Part shown: positions 7,809 through 16,091 of the stretch, piece by piece
How the letters are laid out: each line of letters opens with the position of its first letter
Position numbering within the stretch: position 1 is the stretch's first letter
Source: an uncultured Actinomycetes bacterium
GTDB taxonomy: Bacteria > Actinomycetota > Thermoleophilia > Gaiellales > Gaiellaceae
Assembly (NCBI GenBank): GCA_963696365.1
Contig: CAVOKD010000002.1
Coordinates: forward strand, 294,082-358,081
Length of the DNA stretch: 64,000 nucleotides
Reading direction: 5' to 3'
Translations under genes and position numbers: made by a program
The notes under the pieces: model-generated
The model's database searches: none
What the model was told of the DNA's origin: nothing
The model's input: the letters and a program-made list of their open reading frames with translations, nothing else

Positions 7809-8708
7809 CTGAGCCGGCCCTTCCTGCTCATCAACCCACGCTCGGGCGATGCGTCGCCGACGCCGGCCGAGCTCGCCGAGGCGGCCGAGGCCGCCGGCTG
7901 GGCGACGCACGTCCTCGGCACCGAGGACGATGCGGCGGAGCTGGCCCGGTCGGCAGCCGACGACGGCGCGACCGCACTCGGCGTCGCCGGCGGCGACGGC
8001 TCGCTCGCCGCGGTGGCGACCGTCGCCGTGGAGAAGGACCTCCCGTTCCTGCCGGTGCCGTTCGGCACGCGCAACCACTTCGCGCGCGACGCCGGCTTCG
8101 ACGTCGACGACCCGCTCGCGGCACTCGCCGCGGACGAGGAGCGGCGCGTCGACGTCGGCGCGGTCAGCGAGCGCCCTTTCCTGAACAACGTCTCGCTCGG
8201 CATTTACGCCTCGCTCGTCCACGATCCCGGGCGGCGGACGAAGAACCGCGTGATCGCCCTCGGCCGGCTCGTCCAGGCGGCGTTCGGCCGCACACGGACG
8301 CCGCTCGACTTCGCCTTCGACGTGGACGGGAGCCGCGAGCGCCATCGCGCGCTCGTCCTGCTCGTGGCCAACAACGACTACGGGACGGGTGGGCTCGCAG
8401 GGCTCACCGAGAGGGAGCGCCTGGACGAGGGCCGCCTCCACGCCTACGTGATCGAGGCCGCGGCCCGCCGCACGCTCGTCGCCCTGCTCGCCCGCGCGGC
8501 GCTCGGCCGGACCGCCGAGTCGGAGGGCGCCGAGGAGTACGCGGCGGCCGCGTTCCGGGTCGAGTCGAAGCGCCCGACGCTGCACGCCGCGATCGACGGC
8601 GAGGCGGTCGTGCTCGAGAGCCCGCTCGCGTTCGAGTGCCGCCCGCGGGCCCTGCGGCTCCTGGCGCCACGTTCGAGGGATAGCGACCGCTCCGCCGAGT
8701 CCCGATAG
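7809..8708 (+). CDS. diacylglycerol/lipid kinase family protein (LCB5/YegS-like); no canonical start, possible CTG start
   Basis: Track ORF 8013..8708 covers only the C-terminal part. The same frame upstream reads (L)SRPFLLINPRSGDASPTPAELAEAAEAAGW...ALGVAGGDGSLAAVATVAV (kinase N-terminus with GGDGS). There is no ATG/GTG/TTG between TAG 7803..7805 and 8013. CTG 7809 would give MSRPFLLINPRSG. Confidence 0.7.
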   Translation: MSRPFLLINPRSGDASPTPAELAEAAEAAGWATHVLGTEDDAAELARSAADDGATALGVAGGDGSLAAVATVAVEKDLPFLPVPFGTRNHFARDAGFDVDDPLAALAADEERRVDVGAVSERPFLNNVSLGIYASLVHDPGRRTKNRVIALGRLVQAAFGRTRTPLDFAFDVDGSRERHRALVLLVANNDYGTGGLAGLTERERLDEGRLHAYVIEAAARRTLVALLARAALGRTAESEGAEEYAAAAFRVESKRPTLHAAIDGEAVVLESPLAFECRPRALRLLAPRSRDSDRSAESR

Positions 8709-8847
8709 AGGGAGCGGCGTATCAAAGCGGCAAGAAAGGCGGCACTCTCATGACTGCGGATCAGATGAAGCGGAAGTTCCGCAACTTCCCCGAGGCAGAG
8801 CTGCGCCGGCGCATTCTGCTCGGTCGCTAGCCCTCCAGTCCGATTCT

Positions 8848-9183
8848 TCAGACCAGCACGAGCTGGTCACCAAGTCGGACCCCGCGCCGTTCGGACTCCC
8901 CGGACGAGAGCTCGAGAACGGCGCGGGCTCCGCGGCAACCAGCCGCACGCCACGGCCTCAGGCCGGCGGCGACCTTCAGAACACGGCCCTCCCCGTCGAC
9001 GAACACCGCGTCGATCGGGAAGCGCATGAAGAACGTGTGCACGGACGACGCGGGCCGGAGGTAGATCCCCTCGTCGGAGGCGAGCGAGCGCCGGCCCAGG
9101 AGTCCCTTCAGGCGGGCGAGCGGGCGAGCGGCGTCTACACACCGCTCGCACACAGCCCGCCCGTCCTGAAGGTGGATCTCCAC
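8848..9183 (-). CDS. DUF192 domain protein
   Basis: Track ORF 8848..9183: GIYLRPASSVHTFFMRFPIDAVFVDGEGRVLKV is the characteristic DUF192 core. Confidence 0.75.
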   Translation of the reverse strand: MEIHLQDGRAVCERCVDAARPLARLKGLLGRRSLASDEGIYLRPASSVHTFFMRFPIDAVFVDGEGRVLKVAAGLRPWRAAGCRGARAVLELSSGESERRGVRLGDQLVLV

Positions 9184-9191
9184 GAGCGTCT

Positions 9192-10661
9192 CTAGAAGCC
9201 CACGTGGATGTGGTCGTCGTGGTCGGCCAGCGGGAACGAGGGCCCGCCGAGGCCGAGGAGCGAGATGACCTGCCGCGGCCGGAGCTCGGCCGGGAGCAGG
9301 AGCACGTTGCGCACGCCGTCCTCGGTGACGCCGCCCGGCTGGGAGTGGCCGTAGATCGGCACTCCGCCCAGCGCGGCGACGTCGACCGCGAGGCCGAACG
9401 AGTGCGCCGAGACCACGCCGGGCCGGCTGTAGTACCGGTGGCCGGAGTGGAGGCTCGACACGGTCACGGAGCCGTGCGCCTCCGCGAGGTAGCGGAGGAG
9501 GACGAGCACGCGCACGTCCACTCCGTGGCCCGCGACGTCAGAGCGTCCGCCGGAGTAGATCGAGAGGCGCCCGTCGTTCAGCACCTTCCGCTCGAGCGTG
9601 CGCTTCGAGGCATCGAGCCCGACCACGAGCGCGTGGAGGCCGACGGCCCGGTTGTAGCGGGCGAACGCCTGGGCCCGGTCGGCCCAGCTCGTGCGGCCGG
9701 AGAGCGCGAGGAACGAGTTCCACTCGCCGCGCCCGGCGGTCGCCGCGAGGCGGCGGGCCAGCGACCGGACGGTCGCCCGGGAGGCGGGAGTGCGGCCGAT
9801 GTGGCCGTTCGCGCGAACCGCGGCGAGGACGCGGGCCCACGAGGAGCCTGCGGCACTCGACTCGGTGCGGAGCATCTTCGCCCAGCGGGGCGCGAGTCGC
9901 CGCGCGGGCGGAGTCGGATCCGGGAGCGTCCGGTGGAGCCACACGGTGGCGCCGCCGAACATGCCGGCCTCCGGATCGAGCTTGCCGGTGTGCTCGTCGT
10001 CCGCGTGGGAGTGCGGAGCGACGACGGGCGGGCCCTTCGGTGCGGGCGGAGCGTCTGCGCCGCCGCCCTGGCCGCCCTGGTCCGAGGACGAGTCGCCGTC
10101 ACCGGGTGCCTCCGTGGGCTCGTCGCCGGGGTCGGTCGTCTCGCCGGGCTCGGAGCCGTCGCCGGGGTCGGTGGTCTCGCCGGGGTCGGTGGACTCGCCG
10201 CCCTCGGCGGGCGTCGTGCCGTCGTCGGCCGGCGCCTCGGTCTCCGTCGGCTCCTCGGCGGGAGCCTCGGTCGGATCCTCGGCGGGTGCCTCCTCGCCGG
10301 CGGCCGGGTCGTCGGCCGTCGTCTCGGTGGTCGTGGTCGTGTCGCCCTCGGCCGCCGACGGCTCCATCGAGCCGACGAGCATGTCGCCGGCGCCGGCCGA
10401 AAGGGCCGCGCCTGCGAAGAAGAGGGTTGCGAACGCGAGGCTCGTGGCGAGCCTCTTCCTCCGCGTGCGCCCGCGGGCGCGCACGGAGACCGGCCGCGGC
10501 TCGAGGCCGCCCACCGGTGTGCCGCCGAGCTCGGCGGCCGCGAACGTGCCCTCGGTCTCCTCGCTCGTCCGGCGGCCGAGCGCGACGAGCGCCCAACCGA
10601 GCACGGCGAGGAAGAGGAGGCGCGAGAGAGCCGTCCGCGAGCTGGTTCTGGATTGTGGCAT
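9192..10661 (-). CDS. secreted LAS/M15-like (VanY-type) metallopeptidase-fold protein with an acidic T/P/E/D-rich linker
   Basis: Track ORF 9192..10805. I prefer the start at ATG 10661 (AGGAG 7 nt upstream), giving MPQSRTSSRTALSRLLFLAVLGWALVAL (signal or TM). The linker reads PGETTDPGDGSEPGETTDPGDEPTEAPGDG. The C-terminus reads SGHRYYSRPGVVSAHSFGLAVDV...LADHDDHIHVGF (H..D...HxH zinc-site pattern). Confidence 0.6.
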   Translation of the reverse strand: MPQSRTSSRTALSRLLFLAVLGWALVALGRRTSEETEGTFAAAELGGTPVGGLEPRPVSVRARGRTRRKRLATSLAFATLFFAGAALSAGAGDMLVGSMEPSAAEGDTTTTTETTADDPAAGEEAPAEDPTEAPAEEPTETEAPADDGTTPAEGGESTDPGETTDPGDGSEPGETTDPGDEPTEAPGDGDSSSDQGGQGGGADAPPAPKGPPVVAPHSHADDEHTGKLDPEAGMFGGATVWLHRTLPDPTPPARRLAPRWAKMLRTESSAAGSSWARVLAAVRANGHIGRTPASRATVRSLARRLAATAGRGEWNSFLALSGRTSWADRAQAFARYNRAVGLHALVVGLDASKRTLERKVLNDGRLSIYSGGRSDVAGHGVDVRVLVLLRYLAEAHGSVTVSSLHSGHRYYSRPGVVSAHSFGLAVDVAALGGVPIYGHSQPGGVTEDGVRNVLLLPAELRPRQVISLLGLGGPSFPLADHDDHIHVGF

Positions 10662-11038
10662 TGCCTGCTCCTGTTGGATCAGGCGCCGAGGCCGCCACAT
10701 CGGCGCAATTCGCTTACGGATCCGCGCCGCCACGGACTTGACCTCTCTATCGATCGTGCGCTGAGCCCTGGCATCCCTCGAATGGAGGTGCTCCGCACGG
10801 ATCACTAGACGGAGGGATAAGCGAACCGCCGATCGAGGGCGATGATCCGGTCAACTGAGCCAGTCGGCGGAGCGGTCACGCCGGATGTTTTGGAGGTTTC
10901 TCCTACGTGACCATGACATCTGCACGCCGAGTTTCCGGGCTCTCCCCATCCAGCCGGCCGCGCACATTCGAGTCGGCCTCCACGAGCTCCAGCGCCCGCT
11001 TGCGGGTGCGTGACGACAGGGGAAGGGAGGTGAACCAC

Positions 11039-11209
11039 TTGACGAGCTTCTTCAACACTCTCGACCTGCTCCGCAGGCGCGAGGAGGGGCAGACGATGGC
11101 CGAGTACGGCGTCGTTCTCGCCGTCATCACGATCGGTGTCGTCGCGGCATTGGGTCTGCTTTCGGGCGCCATTAGCACCGCGATCAACAACGTCATTGGC
11201 TTCCTCTAA
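11039..11209 (+). CDS. flp: Flp family type IVb pilin
   Basis: In-frame part of track ORF 10907..11209. TTG 11039 lies 8 nt after GGAAGGGAGG. The product is (M)TSFFNTLDLLRRREEGQTMAEYGVVLAVITIGVVAALGLL..., with the Flp processing motif G/QTMAEY followed by a hydrophobic helix; about 56 aa. Confidence 0.8.
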   Translation: MTSFFNTLDLLRRREEGQTMAEYGVVLAVITIGVVAALGLLSGAISTAINNVIGFL

Positions 11210-11269
11210 GCCGCAAGGAGTAGGCACTAATGGCCAGGTGGGAGGGCCCTTCCTGAGAAGGGCCCTCCC

Positions 11270-11695
11270 ATGGAATTCACAAGCGAAACGAAGATGATGA
11301 AAAGGGCAACGCCGCAGACATACAGAAACGAGCAGGGACAGACGCTGACCGAGTTCGCGATGGTCCTGCCGATCCTGCTGCTCGTGCTTTTCGCGGTGAT
11401 CCAGCTCGGGATCGTCTTCAACAACTACGTGACCCTCACGGACGCCGCGCGCGCTGGTGCGCGCAAGGCGGTCGTCAGCCGGCAGGCACCGTCGCCGGCG
11501 AGCGTCACCAGCACCGCCGTCCGCAACTCGGCGGCGAACCTCGACCAGTCGAAGCTGGGGGTCACGGTCTCCTCGACGTGGGTGCAGGGCCAGGACGTCA
11601 CCGTCACGGCCACCTATCCGTACGAGGTCAGCCTGCTCGGGCTCGTCGTCCAGAGCGGGACACTCAGCAGCAAGACAACGGAGCGACTCGAATGA
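11270..11695 (+). CDS. TadE-like pseudopilin
   Basis: Track ORF 11270..11695: NEQGQTLTEFAMVLPILLLVLFAVIQLGIVF (G/xxxxEF motif plus TM). The stop overlaps the next ATG as ATGA. Confidence 0.8.
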   Translation: MEFTSETKMMKRATPQTYRNEQGQTLTEFAMVLPILLLVLFAVIQLGIVFNNYVTLTDAARAGARKAVVSRQAPSPASVTSTAVRNSAANLDQSKLGVTVSSTWVQGQDVTVTATYPYEVSLLGLVVQSGTLSSKTTERLE

Positions 11696-12613
11696 CCAAC
11701 TCTCGCCGCCGCCGCACCGGTTCCGAAGCCGGACAGACAACCCTCTTCGGCGTCCTTTTCCTCGTCGTCCTGATCTGCATGATGGCCGCCGTCATCGACG
11801 TCGGTTCGTGGATGCGCGCCGACCGCAAGCTGCAGTCGGACGCCGACGCGGCCGCGCTCGCGGCCGCGCAGGAGCTCCCCTACGACACCGGCCTGGCCAT
11901 CGCCAAGGCGGTCGAGTACGGGACGAAGAACGGCGGGAGCGTCACGGCCGCGAACGTCTCGTTCGAGACGAAGGTGATGCCGAACGACATCGTGGTCGTC
12001 CGCGCGACGAAGAGCGCGCCGGGTGTGTTCACCGGGCTTTTCGGCGTGAACTCCGTCGACGTCCACGCAACGGCGAAGGCACGGGCCGGCTCGCTCAACC
12101 AGGCACGGTACGCCGCGCCGATCGCGGTCGACATCATGCACGAGAAGCTGCAGTGCCAGCCCGATCCGTGCTTCAACCAGCAGACGACGATCGACCTCGA
12201 GAAGACGGGCCCGGGCGCGTTCCGGCTCATCAACCTCGACCGGTCGCACGGCGGGACGGGCCAGCAGACCCTCGTCCGACTGGATCCTGCACGGCTACCA
12301 GGGACTCATGCCCCTGGACAACTACTACTCCGACCCGGGAGCGAAGTTCAACGCGTCGCAGGTCGTCTCGTCCCTGAACGAGCGCATCGGCGACACGCTG
12401 CTCTTCCCGGTCTACGACGACACGAGGAAGTCGGGTGCGAACTTCGACTACCACGTCATCGGATGGGTCGGTTTCACGGTGACCGGGTTCGACGCGCACG
12501 GAAGCAGCGGCAAGGTGTTCGGCTATTTCACCAGCGTGATCTGGGAGGGGATCATGGGCAGCCCGGACGGCGAAGGGAACTTCGGCGCCCGCACCGTTGC
12601 CCTGATCGAGTAA
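11692..12613 (+). pseudogene. TadG-like (TadE/G family) pilus assembly protein, one apparent frameshift
   Basis: ATG 11692: MTNSRRRRTGSEAGQTTLFGVLFLVVLICMMAAVIDVGSWMRADRKLQSDADAAALAAAQ... (inside track ORF 11578..12630). At about 12272..12277 it continues in the frame of track ORF 12308..12613 (..DWILHGYQGLMPLDNYYSDPGAKFN...HVIGWVGFTVTG..). Confidence 0.7.
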
Positions 12614-12643
12614 GCGCAAAAGCGAATTGAGAAAGCGGGTCCG

Positions 12644-13429
12644 ATGACGTACAGGCTGAGAAATATCGGGATCGCGGTTGCGCTCGCGCTTGTCGCGGGG
12701 CTTCTGACGGTCTTCTATGTGACGAACTACAAGCGGGACGTCCGCAGCGCGGAGGCAGACGTGACCGTCTACGTCGCGTCCAAGGACATCCCCGCCGGCA
12801 CCTCCGGTGAGGAGGTCATGTCCGGCGGCTACCTGACGAAGCAGGAAGTCGCGAAGCGCAGCGTGACCCCCGGGGCGATCTCGACTCCGGAGCAGCTCGA
12901 GGGCCGGCTCGCCGCAGCGCCGGTCTACGCGGGCGAGCAGGTGACGACGCGCCGCTTCACGACCGAGCAGGAGAAGGGCGTGCGCGCCCAGCTGACCGGC
13001 AACAAGCGGGCGCTCGAGCTGCCCGGCACCAAGCAGCAGCTCCTGGCCGGGACGCTCCAGGACGGCGACCACGTCGACGTGGTCGGCTCGTGGAACGTGC
13101 CGGAGTCCGACACGCGGCACTACGCGCGCGTCTTCCTCCGCGACATCGTGGTGCTGAACGCTCCGGACAGCACGGACACGACGGCGAAGCTGACCGATCC
13201 GAACAACGGGGCGTACTCCGTGATGCTGATGCTCACGGACTCGCAGGCGCAGAAGCTCTGGTGGGTCTCCCAGAACGGGCAGTGGACCCTGCAGCTTCGG
13301 CCCACGAACGACGCCGCCGACAGTCCCGAAAGTGCCGAGTCCGCAGGCTCGCTCCTGCTGGACGGCGTGAACGTGGCCCGGCTCCGCGCGCTCGTCAACG
13401 CGGCGAACCTGGCCGAAGGAGGCGAATAA
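12644..13429 (+). CDS. cpaB: Flp pilus assembly protein CpaB/RcpC (SAF domain)
   Basis: Track ORF 12644..13429. It has an N-terminal TM (IGIAVALALVAGLLTVFYV), then VYVASKDIPAGTSG, and sits between the pseudopilins and tadZ. Confidence 0.8.
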   Translation: MTYRLRNIGIAVALALVAGLLTVFYVTNYKRDVRSAEADVTVYVASKDIPAGTSGEEVMSGGYLTKQEVAKRSVTPGAISTPEQLEGRLAAAPVYAGEQVTTRRFTTEQEKGVRAQLTGNKRALELPGTKQQLLAGTLQDGDHVDVVGSWNVPESDTRHYARVFLRDIVVLNAPDSTDTTAKLTDPNNGAYSVMLMLTDSQAQKLWWVSQNGQWTLQLRPTNDAADSPESAESAGSLLLDGVNVARLRALVNAANLAEGGE

Positions 13430-13430
13430 C

Positions 13431-14627
13431 GTGAACGTCGAGACCACGAGCCTGCCGCAGACCCGCGAGCGGGTCCGCGTCTTCGTCACCGGCGACTGCG
13501 AGGGCTTGCCCGAGCTTCGCCAGGCGCTCGAGCGCCATCTGGAGATCGACTTCGTCGGTAGCGCCTCGGCGCTCGGCGAGGCGGCTCCGACGCTCCGCGG
13601 CGGTCATCTGGGCGTCGTCCTGCACGGGACGCGCGGCTCGACGCTGCCGCAGGACGAGCTCGCATCGATTCGCGAGCACACGTCGGCGCCCGTGATCCTG
13701 CTCGCCTCGGGCGAGTCGTCGACGCTCCTCGAGCAGGCGCTCGAGGCGGACGTCGCAGACGTGCTCCTCCTGCCGCAGATGACGGAGAACGTCGTCTTCG
13801 CGATCCGCAAGTCGGGGCACTCCGGCCGGCGGTCGACCGCGCCCGGCGCGCGCCGCGGCCGCATCGTGACCGTCTTCTCCCCGAAGGGCGGCACCGGCAA
13901 GACCGTGATCGCCACGAACACGGCCGCGTCGGTCGCCAAGTACGAGGGCAAGAAGGCACTCCTGCTCGACCTCGACCTCCAGTTCGGCGACGCCGCGATC
14001 ATGCTGGGGATCGAGCCCGAGAAGACGATCTACGACCTGGTCGTCGCCCCGGGCGAGCTCGACACCGAGAAGCTCGCCGGCTACGTGACGCGCCACGCGT
14101 CCGGCCTCGACATCCTCCCGGCGCCGCTGCGCCCGGAGGACGCCGAGCTCGTGACCGAGGCCAAGCTGGGCCAGCTGCTCGAGGTGGCGAAGCAGTCCTA
14201 CGACGTGATCGTCGTGGACACCTCGCCGTTCTTCCACGGGCCGATGCTGGCGACGCTCGACCGGACGGACGAGCTCTTGCTCGTCTGCTCGCTCGACGTC
14301 CCGACGCTCAAGAACGTCAGGCTCGCGCTGCAGACGCTCGAGCTCCTGTCGTTCCCGACCGAGCGCATCCAGCTCGTGCTGAACCGGGCCAACTCGAAGG
14401 TCGGGATGAAGCCGGGCGAGGTCGAGAGCGCGCTCCAGGTGAAGGTGCGCTTCTCCGTGCCGAGCGACCGGGCCGTGCCGATCGCGGTCAACCGCGGCAA
14501 CCCCACGGTGCTGGCCGACGCCCGCGCCGACTTCTCGAAGGCCGTGCGCGAGATGGCCGGCGCGGTCGTTCCTGCCGAGGCCGACGGGGGCAAGGGCTCC
14601 CGCCGCTGGTTCGGGAAGGCGGCCTAG
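13431..14627 (+). CDS. cpaE: CpaE/TadZ-type pilus localisation ATPase (receiver-like N-domain plus ParA/MinD-like domain)
   Basis: Track ORF 13431..14627 (GTG start). It carries the deviant Walker A VFSPKGGTGKTVIATNTA and DVIVVDTSP. Confidence 0.85.
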   Translation: MNVETTSLPQTRERVRVFVTGDCEGLPELRQALERHLEIDFVGSASALGEAAPTLRGGHLGVVLHGTRGSTLPQDELASIREHTSAPVILLASGESSTLLEQALEADVADVLLLPQMTENVVFAIRKSGHSGRRSTAPGARRGRIVTVFSPKGGTGKTVIATNTAASVAKYEGKKALLLDLDLQFGDAAIMLGIEPEKTIYDLVVAPGELDTEKLAGYVTRHASGLDILPAPLRPEDAELVTEAKLGQLLEVAKQSYDVIVVDTSPFFHGPMLATLDRTDELLLVCSLDVPTLKNVRLALQTLELLSFPTERIQLVLNRANSKVGMKPGEVESALQVKVRFSVPSDRAVPIAVNRGNPTVLADARADFSKAVREMAGAVVPAEADGGKGSRRWFGKAA

Positions 14628-14633
14628 GACGTC

Positions 14634-16091
14634 ATGGGCCTCCACGACCGCATCAAAGGGCCGAACGGCAACGGGGCGAACGGCAACGGCCACGGCGCCG
14701 AGCCGCACGCCTCGCTGGCCTCCGCGGCTCCCCGCGACGCGGGGGCCGACCGCTCGTCGGTCGACCCGTACGCGGAGCTGAAGACCCGGATCCACCACGC
14801 CTGCATCGCCAAGCTCGGCCCACAGCTCTTCTCGTCGGCGGAGCCGACGGGAGACCTGTCCGACCAGGTGATGCGGACGGTGACCGAGCAGCTCGCGCTC
14901 GACCGGACTCCCCTCACGCGGGAGGAGCGCCGGCAGATCACGCGCGAGATCGCAGACGACATCCTCGGCTACGGGCCGCTCGAGCCCTTCCTGCGGGACG
15001 ACACCGTGACCGAGGTCATGGTCAACAGCTACGACCGGATCTACGTCGAGCGGAACGGGAGGATCGAGCGCACGAAGGTCGGCTTCGCCGACAACGCGCA
15101 CCTGCTCCGCATCATCGACAAGATCGTCTCCCAGGTCGGCCGCCGTGTCGACGAGTCGTCGCCGATGGTCGACGCCCGCCTGCCCGACGGAAGCCGTGTG
15201 AACGCGATCATCCCGCCGCTCGCCCTGCGCGGGCCGACGCTGACGATCCGGAAGTTCGCCCGAGACCCGTACACGATGGACGACCTGATCACGTTCGGCT
15301 CGATCACGCCCAAGGCGGCGCACTTCATCTCCGCCTGCGTGCGCGGGAAGCTGAACGTCCTCATCTCCGGCGGTACCGGCACCGGTAAGACGACCACGCT
15401 GAACGCGGTGTCGGCGTTCATCCCCGGCGACGAGCGCATCGTGACGATCGAGGACGCGGCCGAGCTCCAGCTCCAGCAGGAGCACGTGATCACGCTGGAG
15501 TCGCGGCCGGCGAACATCGAGGGCAAGGGCGAGGTGCGGATCCGCGAGCTCGTGCGGAACGCCCTGCGCATGCGCCCCGACCGCATCATCGTCGGCGAGG
15601 TCCGCGGCCCGGAGACCCTGGACATGCTCCAGGCGATGAACACGGGCCACGAGGGCTCGCTGACCACCATCCATGCCAACTCCCCGCGCGACGCGCTCTC
15701 GCGTGTCGAGACGCTCGTCATGACGGCGGGCGTCGAGCTTCCGCTCCGGGCAATCCGAGAACAGGTGTCGAGCGCGTTCGACCTCCTCGTTCAGATCTCG
15801 CGCCTCGTGGACGGCTCCCGCCGGATCACCCACGTGTCCGAGGTCCTGGGCATGGAGTCGGACGTGATCACCCTCCAGGACATCTTCCTGGCCAAGCCGC
15901 CGGACGAGGAGGCCGCGGGCTCCGGGCACATGACGAAGCTGCTCGGCCCGCTGCTCTGCAGCGGCCTCAAGCCGCACTTCCTGGAGAAGATGGCCGCAAA
16001 CGGCGTGTCCTTGCCGGCCCCGTTCTTCGAGCCGGACGTGGACGAGCACGCGGTCTTCCAGGTCGCGAGCTACGGCGGCTTCGGCGCATGA
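14634..16091 (+). CDS. cpaF: CpaF/TadA secretion ATPase
   Basis: Track ORF 14634..16091: ISGGTGTGKTTTLNA (Walker A), RIVTIEDAAEL, DRIIVGEVRGPE, NTGHEGSLTTIHAN. Confidence 0.9.
   Translation: MGLHDRIKGPNGNGANGNGHGAEPHASLASAAPRDAGADRSSVDPYAELKTRIHHACIAKLGPQLFSSAEPTGDLSDQVMRTVTEQLALDRTPLTREERRQITREIADDILGYGPLEPFLRDDTVTEVMVNSYDRIYVERNGRIERTKVGFADNAHLLRIIDKIVSQVGRRVDESSPMVDARLPDGSRVNAIIPPLALRGPTLTIRKFARDPYTMDDLITFGSITPKAAHFISACVRGKLNVLISGGTGTGKTTTLNAVSAFIPGDERIVTIEDAAELQLQQEHVITLESRPANIEGKGEVRIRELVRNALRMRPDRIIVGEVRGPETLDMLQAMNTGHEGSLTTIHANSPRDALSRVETLVMTAGVELPLRAIREQVSSAFDLLVQISRLVDGSRRITHVSEVLGMESDVITLQDIFLAKPPDEEAAGSGHMTKLLGPLLCSGLKPHFLEKMAANGVSLPAPFFEPDVDEHAVFQVASYGGFGA

Noticed and set aside
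4857-8585. 1242-aa minus-strand ORF, the longest in the track
   Set aside because: Its translation is Arg/Gly/Pro/Ala-rich low complexity. It crosses five well-supported genes lying on both strands and in other frames. Only the segment of about 5490-5996 is real, being the N-terminal half of the multicopper oxidase. It is a typical high-GC open-frame artefact.
7416-8708. Possible VOC-kinase fusion by TAG read-through, since both genes share a frame
   Set aside because: The two domains are unrelated families that normally occur as separate proteins. The kinase N-terminus begins exactly after the stop, with a plausible CTG start. Read-through is the least parsimonious explanation.
8750-8830. 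26-codon ORF MTADQMKRKFRNFPEAELRRRILLGR between two convergent genes
   Set aside because: It has only a weak GAAAGG 10 nt upstream, sits in a position where terminators are expected, and has no partner gene. The evidence is too thin to call it a feature.
10080-10330. Imperfect tandem DNA repeats that might have been a repeat array
   Set aside because: They are in frame inside the peptidase gene and encode the acidic T/P/E/D/G linker. The units are irregular and have no spacers, so this is coding low complexity, not a CRISPR or satellite array.
13395-16049. 884-aa minus-strand ORF antisense to cpaE/cpaF
   Set aside because: It is the antisense shadow of two strongly motif-supported genes. 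It has no recognisable motifs and an R/D/E/G-rich composition.
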